From contig NW_027361974.1 of the NCBI RefSeq assembly GCF_039654945.1, positions 1,240,001-1,304,000 on the forward strand: a stretch of 64,000 nt of DNA, given 5' to 3'. Numbering within the stretch: the stretch's first letter is position 1; every line of letters starts with the position of its first letter. Shown piece after piece: positions 1 to 13,026 of this stretch. Position numbers and translations under genes: made by a program. This stretch comes from Dendrobates tinctorius. Taxonomy: Eukaryota. A model generated the notes under the pieces. The model was given only the letters and a program-made list of their open reading frames with translations. It did no database searches and was not told the origin of the DNA.

Positions 1-3000
1 TTGTACATAGGAGCAGTATTATAGTAGTTATATTCTTGTACATAGGGGCAGTATTATAGTAGTTATATTCTTGTACATAGGGGCAGTATTATAGTAGTTA
101 TATTCTTGTACATAGGAGCAGTGTTATAGTAGTTATATTCTTGTACATAGGGGCAGTATTATAGTAGTTATATTCTTGTACATAGGGGCAGTATTATAGT
201 AGTTATATTCTTGTACATAGGGGCAGTATTATAGTAGTTATATTCTTGTACATAGGGGCAGTATTATAGTAGTTATATTCTTGTACATAGGAGCAGTATT
301 ATAGTAGTTATATTCTTGTACATAGGGGCAGTATTATAGCAGTTATATTCTTGTACATAAGGGGCAGTATTATAGTAGTTATATTCTTGTACATAGGGAG
401 CAGTATTATAGTAGTTATATTCTTGCACATAGGGACAGTATTATAGTAGTTATATTCTTGTACATAGGAGCAGTATTATAGTAGTTATATTCTTGTACAT
501 AGGGGCAGTATTATAGTAGTTATATTCTTGTACATAGGAGCAGTATTATAGTAGTTATATTCTTGTACATAGGAGCAGTATTATAGTAGTTATATTCTTG
601 TACATAGGGGGCAGTATTATAGTAGTTATATTCTTGTACATAAGGGGCAGTATTATAGTAGTTATATTCTTGTACATAGGGAGCAGTATTATAGTAGTTA
701 TATTCTTGCACATAGGGACAGTATTATAGTAGTTATATTCTTGTACATAGGAGCAGTATTATAGTAGTTATAGTCTTGTACATAGGAGCAGTATTATAGT
801 AGTTATACTCTTGTACATAGAGGCAGTATTATAGTAGTTATATTCTTGTACAAGGAGGCATTATTATAGTAGCTATTAATAGTCTTGTACATAGGGGCAG
901 TATTATAGTAGCTATAGTCTTGTACATAGGGGCAGGATTATAGTACAGTAGCTATAGTCTTGTACATAGGGGCAGGATTATAGTACAGTAGCTATAGTCT
1001 TGTACATAGGGGCAGGATTATAGTAGCTATAGTCTTGTACATAGGGAGAGTATTATAGTAGTTATATTCTTGTACATAGGGGCAGTATTATAGTAGCTAT
1101 AGTCTTGTACATAGGGGCAGTATTATAGTAGTTATATTCTTGTACATAGAGGCAGTATTATAGTAGTTATATTCATGTACATAGAGGCAGTATTAGTTAT
1201 ATTCTTGTACATAGCGGCAGTATTATAGTAGTTATATTGTTGTACATAGGAGCAGTATTATAGTAGATATATTCTTGTACATAGGAGCAGTATTATAGTA
1301 GTTATATTCTTGTACATAGGGTCAGTATTATAGTAGTTATATTCTTGTACATAGGGTCAGTATTATAGTAGTTATAGCCTTGTACATAGGAGCAGTATTA
1401 TAGTAGTTATAGTCTTGTACATAGGGACAGTATTATAGTAGTTATATTCTTGTATATAGGAGCAGTATTATAGTAGTTATATTCTTGTACATAGAGGCAG
1501 TATTATAATAGTTATATTCTTGTGCAAGGGGGCAGCATTATAGTAGCTATATTCTTGTACATAGGGTCAGTATTATAGTAGCTATTGTCTTGTACATAGG
1601 GGCAGTATTATAGTAGCTATAGTCTTGTACATAGGGGCAGTATTATAGTAGCTATAGTCTTGTACATAGGGGCAGGATTATTGTAGCTATAGTCTTGTAC
1701 ATAGGGGCAGGATTATAGTAGTTAAATTCTTATACATAGGGGCAGTATTATAGTATTTATATTCTTGTACATAGGGGCAGTATCATAGTAGCTATATTCT
1801 TGCATATTGGGGCAGTATTATAGTAGTTATATTCTTGTACATAGGGGCAGTATTATAGTAGTTATGTTCTTTTACATAGGGGCAGTATTATAGTAGTTAT
1901 ATTCTTGTACATAAGAGCAGTATTATAGTAGTTATATTCTTGTACATAGGGGCAGTATTATAGTAGTCATATTCTTGTACATAAGGGCAGTATTATAGTA
2001 GTTATATTCTTGTACATAGGGGGCAGTATTATAGTAGTTATATCCTTGTACATAGGAGCAGTATTATATATAGGGGCAGTATTATAGTAGTTATATTCTT
2101 GTACATAGGAGCAGTATTATAGTAGTTATATTCTTGTACATAGGGGCAGTATTATAGTAGTTATATTCTTGTACATAGGAGCAGTATTATAGTAGTTATA
2201 TTCTTGTACATAGGGGCAGTATTATAGTAGTTATATTCTTGTACATAGGGGCAGTATTATAGTAGTTATATTCTTGTACATAGGGGCAGTATTATAGTAG
2301 TCATATTCTTGTACATAGGGGGCAGTATTATAGTAGTTATATTCTTGTAAATAGGGGCAGTATTATAGTAGTTATATTCTTGCACATAGGGGCAGTATTA
2401 TAGTAGTTATATTCTTGTACATAGGGACAGTATTATAGTAATTATATTCTTGTATATAGGAGCAGTATTATAGTAGTTATATTCTTGTACATAGGGGCAG
2501 TATTATAGTAGTTATATTCTTGCACATAGGGGCAGTATTATAGTAGTTATATTCTTGTACATAGGGGCAGTATAATAGTAGTTATATTCTTGTACATAGG
2601 GGGCAGTATTATAGTAGTTATATTCTTGTATATAGGGGCAGTATTATAGTAGTTATATTCTTGTACATAGGGGGCAGTATTATAGTAGTTATATTCTGAT
2701 ACATAGGAGCAGTATTATAGTAGTTATATTCCTGTACATAGGGGCAGTATTATAGTAGTTATATTCTTGTACATAGGGGCAGTATTATAGTAGTTATATT
2801 CTTGTACATAGAGGCAGTATTATAGTAGTTATATTCTTGCACATAGGGGCAATATTATAGTAGTTATATTCTTGTACATAGGGGCAGTATAATAGTAGTT
2901 ATATTCTTGTACATAGGGGGCAGTATTATAGTAGTTATATTCTTGTATATAGGGGCAGTATTATAGTAGTTATATTCTTGTACATAGGGGGCAGTATTAT

Positions 3001-4225
3001 AGTAGTTATATTCTGATACATAGGAGCAGTATTATAGTAGTTATATTCCTGTACATAGGGGCAGTATTATAGTAGTTATATTCTTGTACATAGGGGCGGT
3101 ATTATAGTAGTTATATTCTTGTACATAGGGCAGCATTATAGTAGTTATATTCTTGTATATAGGGGCAGTATTATAGTAGTTATATTCTTGTACAAAGGAG
3201 CAGTATTATAGTAGTTATATTCTTATACATAGGAGCAGTATTATAGTAGTTATATTCCTGTACATAGGGGCAGTATTATAGTAGTTATATTCTTGTACAT
3301 AGGGGCAGTATTATAGTAGTTATATTCTTGTACATAGGGGCAGTATTATAGTAGCTATATTCTTGTATATAGGGGCAGTATTATAGTAGTTATATTCTTG
3401 TACAAAGGAGCAGTATTATAGTAGTTATATTCTTATACATAGGAGCAGTATTATAGTAGTTATATTCCTGTACATAGGGGCAGTATTATAGTAGTTATAT
3501 TCTTGTACATAGGGGCAGTATTATAGTAGTTATATTCTTGTACATAGGGTCAGTATTATAGTAGTTATATTCTTGTACATAGGGGCAGTATTATAGTAGT
3601 TATATTCTTGTACATAGGGGCAGTATTATAGTAGTTATATTCTTGTATATAGGAGCAGTATTATAGTAGTTATATTCTTGTACATAGGAGCAGTATTATA
3701 GTAGTTATATTCTTGTACATAGGGGCAGTATTATAGTAGTTATATTCTTGTATATAGGAGCAGTATTATAGTAGTTATATTCTTGTACATAGGAGCAGTA
3801 TTATAGTAGTTATATTCTTGTACATAGGGGCAGTATTATAGTAGTTATATTCTTGTACATAGGGGCAGTATTATAGTAGTTATATTCTTGTACATAGGGG
3901 CAGTATTATAGTAGTTATATTCTTGTACATAGGGGCAGTATTATAGTAGTTATATTCTTGTACATAGGGGCAGTATTATAGTAGTTATATTCTTGTACAT
4001 AGGGGCAGTATTATAGTAGTTATATTCTTGTACATAGGAGCAGTATTATAGTAGTTATATTCTTGTACATAGGGGCAGTATTATAGTAGTTATATTCTTG
4101 TACATAGGGGGCAGTATTATAGTAGGTATATTCTTGTACATAGGGCAGCATTATAGTCGTTATATTCTTGTACATAGGGGCAGTATTATAGTTGTTATAT
4201 TCTTGTATATAGGGGCAGTATTATT
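1..4225. repeat. 35-bp AT-rich satellite array (CTTGTACATAGGGGCAGTATTATAGTAGTTATATT)n, running off the left edge of the window
   Basis: About 120 tandem copies are directly visible, with GGGG/GGAG/GGGGG variants and internal multi-unit duplications. Confidence 0.97.
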
Positions 4226-5419
4226 ACAGTTATACTTATTAATAAATGCTTTGTGTTAATCTGAAGAACCGAGCACCGTCACTTTGGGTCAAGTCTTTGA
4301 GCGTTAATCATGAATTATACATACTAGAGTCCATTTCAAAAACAAGATAATTATCACACCCGCGGCCCAATTAATAAATCAATGCTGACAAGTTCTGCCA
4401 TCTTCTCTGTACTTTGCAGCAATTCTTGCCGTTTTCATACCCTTCTCGCTGTGAGATCGCGGATAACCTACATTCAGTCTTTGTGAACAGCTCATATCGA
4501 TATTTCCAGCATTTTGGTATAAGCGCGCCTATTCCCTGATATACAGCTGATCTCTGGAAGACGGCGATATATAATACAATGTCATCACATTAACCCTATA
4601 AACCCCCCGGCGTCACATCGTCACTTACGTTGGGTCTTCGGCACCAGCCACAGACTTGTCTGGAGTTTGACACCAGCATCAGAGGTTTCCAGCGAGGATC
4701 TTCCACAGAGGACGGAGCGTCCAGCCGGGATCGGACAAATCTGGAATTGATCATGGATAGAAGAGTAATTCCAGTGATGGAAACCGCAGGCGTCAGCCAT
4801 TGGGCATCTCTGGGAGACGGTCCTGTGCCAAGATTAATATTAAAGGTCATTCTCTGCCAGCTGCGGCCAACATCAACTCTATAGCATAAACATAGCGCCA
4901 CCCGATGCATCATCCCGGTACTTCAGGTACCCGGTGCCATCATCCATCGTCTGTAGCATGTACGACCGCACATACAGCAGAGCCCAGATCACCACGGGCC
5001 GTCAGGTCACAAGTTTATTAATCTGGTTCTCTACTTTGGATGATTTTCAACAAGTTATGAAGTGCAGTAAAAAAAAAAGTACACCCCCTCCAATCAGCTG
5101 TGAGCTAAGTATCGTTTCCCTGTAGCGCCTCCAAGAGGAAAATTAAAGCAATGCACACACTAACCCCCTAAAAACGGGTATTCAAGACGAGACAACCTTT
5201 TCTAAATGGAACCAATAGTTGCACTGACTTATGTTTTTATCTTGAGTTTTTTTTTTTCTTTACAATGGCCAGTGTGAATACGCACTTACATACTGTACAC
5301 ACGCCAGATCATATTCCAGGATCTCTCTTTAGGTTTTCTGGTTCTCAATGGAAGCAGATATAAAATGGTCGACTTTAGAAGACGGCACGTGAGAAAAGCA
5401 ATGGATCTGATCTATTTAA

Positions 5420-8400
5420 CCCCTTCACCCCCAAGGGTGGTTTGCACGTTCATGACCGGGCCAATTTTTACAATTCTGACCACTGTACCTTTATGAGGTC
5501 ATAACTCTGGAACGCTTCCATGGATCCCGGTGATTCTGACATTGTTTTCTCGTGACATATTGTACTTCATGTTAGTGGTAAAATTTCATTCAAATAACTT
5601 GCGTTTATTTGTGAGAAAAACGGAAATTTGGCGAAAATTTTGAAAATTTCACAATTTTCCAACTTTGAATTTTTATGCCCTTAAATCACAGAGATACGGC
5701 ACACAAAAAACTTGATAACTAACATTTCCCACATGTTTACTTTACATCAGCACAATTTTGGAACAAAAATTTTTTTTTCTTAGGAAGTTATAAGGGTTAA
5801 AAGTTGACCAGCGATTTCTCATTTTTACAACACCATTTTATTTTTAGGACCACATCACATTTGAAGCCACTTTGAGGGGTCTATATGATAGAAAATACCC
5901 AAAAGTGACACCATTCTAAAAACTGCACCCCTTAAAGTGCTCAAAACCACATTCAAGAAGTTTATTAACCCTTTAGGTGCGTCACAGGAATTTTTTTGAA
6001 TATTTAAAAAAAAATGAACATCTAAATTTTTTCATAAAAAAAATACTTCAGGTTCAATTTGTTTATTTTACCAAGGGTAACAGGAGAAATTGGACTGCAA
6101 AAGTTATTGTGCAATTTGTCCTGAGTACGCAGATACCTGATATGTGGGGGGGAACCACTGTTTCGGTGCATGGCAGAGCTCAGAATGGAAGGAGCGCCGT
6201 TTGACTTTTTCAATGCAAAATTGGCTGGAATTCAGATTGGACGCCATGTCACGTTTGGAGAGTCCCTGATGTACCTAAACAGTGGAAACCCCCTACAAGT
6301 GACCCCATTTTGGAAACTAGACCCCCCAAGGAACCTATCTAGATATGTGGTGAGAACTTTGAACCCACAAGGGCTTTACAGAAGTTTATAACGTACAGCG
6401 GTACAATTAAAAAATCATATTTTTTCCACAAAAATGATCTTTTCACCCCAATTTTTATTTTCCCAAGGGTAACAGGACCCTAAAAGTTATTGTGCAATTT
6501 GTCCTGAGTACGCTGATACCCCACATGTGGGGGTAAACCACTATTTGGGCGCATGGCAGAGCTCGGAAGGGAAGCAGCGCCATTTGACGTTTTTGGCTGG
6601 AATTGAGATCGGACACCATGTCGCGTTTGGAAAACCCCTGATGTACCAAAACAGTGGAAACCCCCCACAAATGACACCATTTTGGAAACTAGACCCCCCA
6701 AGGAAGTTATCTAGATGTGTGGTGAGAACTTTGAACCCCCATGGGCTTCACAGAAGTTTATAACATAAAGCCATACAATTAAAAAATCATATTTTTTCCA
6801 CAAAAATGATATTTTCACCCTCAATTCTTATTTTTCCAAGGGTAACAGGACCCTAAAAGTTATTGTGCAATTTGTCCTGAGTACGCTGATACCCCACATG
6901 TGGGGGTAAACCACTATTTGGGCACATGGCAGAGCTCGGAAGGGAAGCAGCGCCATTTGACGTTTTTGGCTGGAATTGAGATCGGACACCATGTCGCGTT
7001 TGGAAAACCCCTGATGTACCAAAACAGTGGAAACCCCCCAGAAATGACACCATTTTGGAAACTAGACCCCCTAAGGAACTTATCTAGATGTGTGGTGAGA
7101 ACTTTGAACCCCCATGGGCTTCACAGAAGTTTATAACATAAAGCCATACAATTAAAAAAATCATATTTTTTCCACAAAAATGATCTTTTCACCCTCAATT
7201 CTTATTTTTCCAAGGGTAACAGGACCGTAAAAGTTATTGTGCAATTTGTCCTGAGTACGCTGACACCCCACATGTGGGGGTAAACCACTATTTGGGCGCA
7301 TGGCAGAGCTCGGAAGGGAAGCAGCGCCATTTGACGTTTTTGGCTGGAATTGAGATCGGACACCATGTCGCGTTTGGAAAACTCCTGATGTACCAAAACA
7401 GTGGAAACCCCCCACAAATGACACCATTTTGGAAACTAGACCCCCCAAGGAACTTATCTAGATGTGTGGTGAGTACTTTGACCCCCCCAGTGCTTCACAG
7501 AAGTTTATAATGCCCGGGCGCGAAAATAAAATATTCGTATTTTTTCCACAAACATGATCTTTTAGTCACCATTTTTTTATTTTCCCAAGGGTACCAGGAG
7601 AAATTGGACCCCAAAAGTTGTTGTCCAATTTGTCCTGAGTATGCTGATACCCCATATGTGGGAGAAAACTACTGTATGGGCACACGTCGGGGCTCGGAAG
7701 GGAAGTAGTGACGTTTTGGAATGCAGACTTTGATGGAATGGTCTGCGGGTGTCATGTTGCCTTTGGAGAGCCCCTAATGTACCTAAACAGTGGAAACCCC
7801 CCACAAATGACACCATTTTGTAAACTAGACCCCCCAAGGAACTTATCTAGATGTGTGGTGAGCACTTTGAACCCCCAAGAGCTTCACAGAAGTTTATAAT
7901 GCCAGGGCATGAAAATAAAAAAATCGTATTTTTTCCACAAACATGATCAATTAGTCCCCAATTTTTTCATTTTCCCAAGGGTAACAGGAGAAATTGGACC
8001 CCAAAAGTTGTTGTCCAATTTGGCCTGAGTACGCTGACACCCCATATGTGGGAGAAAACTACTGTATGGGCACACGTCGGGGCTCGGAAGGGAAGCAGTG
8101 ACGTTTTGGAATGCAGACTTTGATGGAATGGTCTGCGGGTGTCATGTGCGTTTGGAGAGCCCCTGATGTACCTAAACTATTGAAACTCCCCACAAGTGAC
8201 CCCATTTTGGACACTAGACCCCCCAAGGAACTTATCTAGATGTGTGGTGACCACTTTGAACCCCCAAGTGCTTCACAGAAGTTTATAACGCTCGTACGTG
8301 AAAATAAAAAAATCATTTTTTTCCACAAAAATGATATTTTTGCCCCCAATTTTTTATTTTCCTAAGGGTAACAGGAGAAATTGGACCCCAAAAATTGTTT

Positions 8401-10093
8401 TGTAATTTGTCCTGAGTAGGCTGATACCCTACATGTGGGGGTAAAACACTGTTTGGGCGCATGGCAGAGCTTGGAAGGGAATGAGCAACATTTGACTTTT
8501 TCAACTCAGAATTGGCTGGAATTGAGATCAGACGCCATGATGCATTTGGAGAGCCCCTGATGTGCCCAAACAGTGGAAACCCCCAATTCTAACTCCAACC
8601 CGAACCCCAACACACCTCTAACCCTAATCTGAGCCCTAACCCTAGCCCTAACCCTAGCCCTAACGGGAAAATGGAAATAAATACTTTTTTTTTTATTTTA
8701 TTATTTTTCCCTAACTAAGGGGGTGATAACGGGGGGTTTGATTTACTATTTATGGCGGTTTTTATTTTTGGCAGCTGTCGCACGCTAAAAGACGCTTTTT
8801 ATTGTAAAAATAGTTTTTGCATCACCACATATTGTGAGCTATAATTTTTCCGTATTTTGGCCCACCGAGTCATGTGAGGTCTTATTTTTTGCGGGACGAG
8901 TTGACGTTTTTATTGGTACCATTTTTGGGCACGTGACATTTTTTGATCGCTTTTTATTCCTATTTTTGGGACACAGAATGAACAAAAACCAGCGTTTCAT
9001 GAATTTCTTTTGGGGGAGTGCGTTTACACCGTTCCGCGTGCGGTAAAATTGATAAAGCGGTTTTATTCTTCGGGTCAGTACGGTTACAGCGATACCTCAT
9101 TTAGGTCGTTTTTTTATGTTTTTGTCGGTTTTATGCAATGAAAACTATTTTATATAAAAAATAATTATTTTTGCATCGCTTTATTCAGCGAGCTATAACT
9201 TTATTTTTTCGCTGATGATGCTGTGTGGCAGCTCGTTTTTTGCGGGACAAGATGACGTTTTCAGTGGTACCATGGATATTTATATGCGTCTTTTTGATCG
9301 CGCGTTATTACACTTTTTGTTTGGCGGTATGATAATAAATCATTTTTTGCTTCGTTTTTTATTTTTATTTTTTAAGGGGTTCGCTAAAGGGGTTAACTAA
9401 TGAGACAGTTTTATAGGGCGGGTCGTTACGGACGCGGCGATACCAAATATGTGTACTTTTATTGTTTTGTTTTTTTTATTATTTCCAAAAAATGGATTTA
9501 TTGGGGGAATATTTTTTTTTTTTTCCTAATTTATTTGGCGATTTTTTCTTAATTATTTTAACACTTTTTATTTTTTTTTTACTTTATTAAATAGTCCCAG
9601 GTGGGACATCACTGTCCTGTGACAGATCGCTGATCTGTCACATCACAGATCACTGTGACAGATCAGCGATCTGACACAGGCACTGCAGGCTTCCTCATGC
9701 CTGCGCTTTGCAGGCACTGAGGAAGCCAGCTTCCTCAGGCCCCCGTCGCCATCTTGGATCCGGGGGCCTGGAGGAAAGGAGTCCCCGCAGCAGCGCTGCA
9801 CATTGCGCTGCCGTGGGGGGCTCAGGGAAGCACGGAGGGAGCCCCCTCCCTGCCGATGCTTCCCTTTAATCCCTGGTACACCGCGATCATGTTTGATCGC
9901 GGTGTGCAAGGGGTTAACGTGTCGGGGGACACATTGTGCCGGGTGTCAGCTGTGATAATCAGCTGACACCAGGCCGCGATCAGCGGCGCTCACCACGTGG
10001 GCGCCGTTGATCGCGCTAGACGTACTATCCCGTCCATGGGCATAGGGGCCCGGGTCCCATGGACGGGATAGTACGTCGGATGGCAGGAAGGGG
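5420..10093. mobile_element. Non-autonomous TTAA-targeting DNA transposon (piggyBac-like ends, Tx1D-like layout), about 4.7 kb
   Basis: TTAA on both sides (5416-5419, 10094-10097). Termini are CCCCTTC...GAAGGGG. It holds internal 370-390-bp tandem repeats and a perfect 22-bp subterminal hairpin (about 10019-10077). No transposase ORF. Confidence 0.8.
6060..8590. repeat. About 7 internal tandem repeats of 373-393 bp inside the TTAA element
   Basis: An AAGGGTA(A/C)CAGGA anchor recurs near 6072, 6465, 6837, 7211, 7586, 7977 and 8363. The ORF track shows near-identical ORFs with 373-bp spacing. Confidence 0.92.
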
Positions 10094-10221
10094 TTAAACA
10101 GCACAATGGCCTCTAAATCTATCACTGCGACATGCAAACTATGATAGAGCTGTTCATATTACAGCAGTGCCACCTAGTGGGAAAAAATGGAAGTGTTACT
10201 GTGTGACGCTATGCACTGCTA

Positions 10222-12620
10222 CAGTAGTTATATTCTTGTACATAGAGGGCAGTATTATAGTAGTTATATTCTTGTACATAGGGGGCAGTATTATAGTAGT
10301 TATATTCTTGTACATAGGGGGCAGTATTATAGTAGTTGTATTCTTGTACATAGGGGGCAGTATTATAGTAGTTATATTCTTGTACATAGGGGGCAGTATT
10401 ATAGTAGTTATATTCTTGTACATAGGGGGCAGTATTATAGTAGTTATATTCTTGTACATAGGGGGCAGTATTATAGTAGTTATATTCTTGTACATAGGGG
10501 GCAGTATTATAGTAGTTATATTCTTGTACATAGGGGGCAGTATTATAGTAGTTATATTCTTGTACATAGGGGGCAGTATTATAGTAGTTATATTCTTGTA
10601 CATAGGGGGCAGTATTATAGTAGTTATATTCTTGTACATAGGGGGCAGTATTATAGTAGTTATATTCTTGTACATAGGGGGCAGTATTATAGTAGTTATA
10701 TTCTTGTACATAGGGGGCAGTATTATAGTAGTTATATTCTTGTACATAGGGGGCAGTATTATAGTAGTTATATTCTTGTACATAGGGGGCAGTATTATAG
10801 TAGTTATATTCTTGTACATAGGGGGCAGTATTATAGTAGTTATATTCTTGTACATAGGGGGCAGTATTATAGTAGTTATATTCTTGTACATAGGGGGCAG
10901 TATTATAGTAGTTATATTCTTGTACATAGGGGGCAGTATTATAGTAGTTATATTCTTGTACATAGGGGGCAGTATTATAGTAGTTATATTCTTGTACATA
11001 GGAGCAGTATTATAGTAGTTATATTCTTGTACAAGGGGGCAGTATTATATTAGTTATATTCTTGTATATAGGAGCAGTATTATAGTAGTTATATTCTTGT
11101 ACATAGGGGGCAGTATTATAGTAGTTATATTCTTGTACATAGGGGGGCAGTATTATAGTAGTTATATTCTTGTACATAGAGGGCAGTATTATAGTAGTTA
11201 TATTCTTGTACATAGGGGGCAGTATTATAGTAGTTATATTCTTGTACATAGGGGGCAGTATTATAGTAGTTATATTCTTATACATAGGGGCAGTATTATA
11301 GTAGTTATATTCTTGTACATAGGGGGCAGTATTATAGTAGTTATATTCTTGTACATAGGGGCAGTATTATAGTAGGTATATTCTTGTATATAGGAGCAGT
11401 ATTATAGTAGTTATATTCTTGTACATGGGGGCAGTATTATAGTAGTTATATTCTTGTATATAGGAGCAGTATTATAGTAGTTATATTCTTGTACATAGGG
11501 GGCAGTATTATAGTAGTTATATTCTTGTACATAGGGGCAGTATTATAGTAGTTATATTCTTGTACATAGGAGCAGTATTATAGTAGTTATATTCTTGTAC
11601 ATAGGGGCAGTATTATAGTAGTTATATTCTTGTACATAGGAGCAGTATTATAGTAGTTATATTCTTGTACATAGGGAGCAGTATTATAGTAGTTATATTC
11701 TTGTACATAGGGGCAGTATTATAGTAGTTATATTCTTGTACATAGGGGCAGTATTATAGTAGTTATATTCTTGTACATAGGGGCAGTATTATAGTAGTTA
11801 TATTCTTGTACATAGGAGCAGTATTATAGTAGTTATATTCTTGTACATAGGAGCAGTATTATAGTAGTTATATTCTTGTATATAGGAGCAGTATTATAGT
11901 AGTTATATTCTTGTATATAGGGGCAGTATTATAGAAGTTATATTCTTGTACATAGGGGGCAGTATTATAGTAGTTATATTCTTGTACATGGGGCAGTATT
12001 ATAGTAGTTACATTCTTGTACATAGGGGGCAGTATTATAGTAGTTATATTCTTGTACATAGGAGCAATATTATAGTAGTTATATTCTTGTACATAGGAGC
12101 AATATTATAGTAGTTATATTCTTGTACATAGGAGCAGTGTTATAGTAGTTATATTCTTGTACATAGGAGTAGTATTATAGTAGTTATATTCTTGTACATA
12201 GGAGCAGTGTTATAGTAGTTATATTCTTGTACATAGGAGCAGTATTATAGTAGTTATATTCTTGTACATAGGGGCAATATTATAGTAGTTATATTCTTGT
12301 ACATAGGAGCAGTATTATAGTAGTTATATTCTTGTATATAGGGGCAGTATTATAGAAGTTATATTCTTGTACATAGGGGGCAGTATTATAGTAGTTGTGT
12401 TCTTGTACATAGGGGGCAGTATTATAGTAGTTATATTCATGTACATAGGAGCAGTATTATAGTAGTTATATTCTTGTACATAGGAGCAGTATTATAGTAG
12501 TTATATTCTTGTACATAGGATCAGTATTATAGTAGTTATATTCTTGTATATAGGGGCAGTATTATAGAAGTTATATTCTTGTACATAGGGGGCAGTATTA
12601 TAGTAGTTGTGTTCTTGTAC
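10222..12620. repeat. Second array of the 35/36-bp satellite, same orientation as 1-4225
   Basis: Direct tandem repeats. 10240-10990 is an almost invariant 36-bp variant with five Gs. Confidence 0.97.
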
Positions 12621-12738
12621 AAACTTTGACAAGAAATAAAACTCGAGGCTTCGCTATGATGAGCACCGGTTTTATAAAGGGTATATAAACTGTACATTCG
12701 CCAGACACTTAATTTATAAAATCGCAATATACATTTTC

Positions 12739-12744
12739 TTTATT
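12739..12744 (-). terminator. Probable poly(A) signal (AATAAA) of C16orf87
   Basis: TTTATT on the + strand about 290 nt downstream of the stop codon, in an AT-rich 3' UTR just before the satellite. Confidence 0.5.
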
Positions 12745-13026
12745 TATATCAAGCATTTACATATATGTATTCTGGCTATTAACAGGGTAGTCATCCTCTA
12801 AAAATAAAAAAATAAAAAATAATGAACAAAAATCAACATATTGAAGAAGCATAAAACAGCTGTGGTGTGAAATCTTAGAATATTTGTTTTAAAAAAAAAA
12901 CCAAAAAAAAACAACCAAAACATAAAACTGTTTAGTGCAGGTCGTCCTTGTATCATTTCCTGGAGACAGGTCTGGATTTTGGTTCTGACAGTCACATAGA
13001 TGGTGGCGGTCTCTTACTCCCTCTGG

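Noticed and set aside
10167-11053. Hydrophobic repeat ORFs (IIVVIFLYIGGS)n resembling a membrane protein
   Set aside because: They result from the 36-bp satellite variant; the flanking 35-bp units break the frame.
1-12620. Regular 35-bp repeats resembling a CRISPR array
   Set aside because: There are no unique spacers and no cas genes, and the context is eukaryotic.
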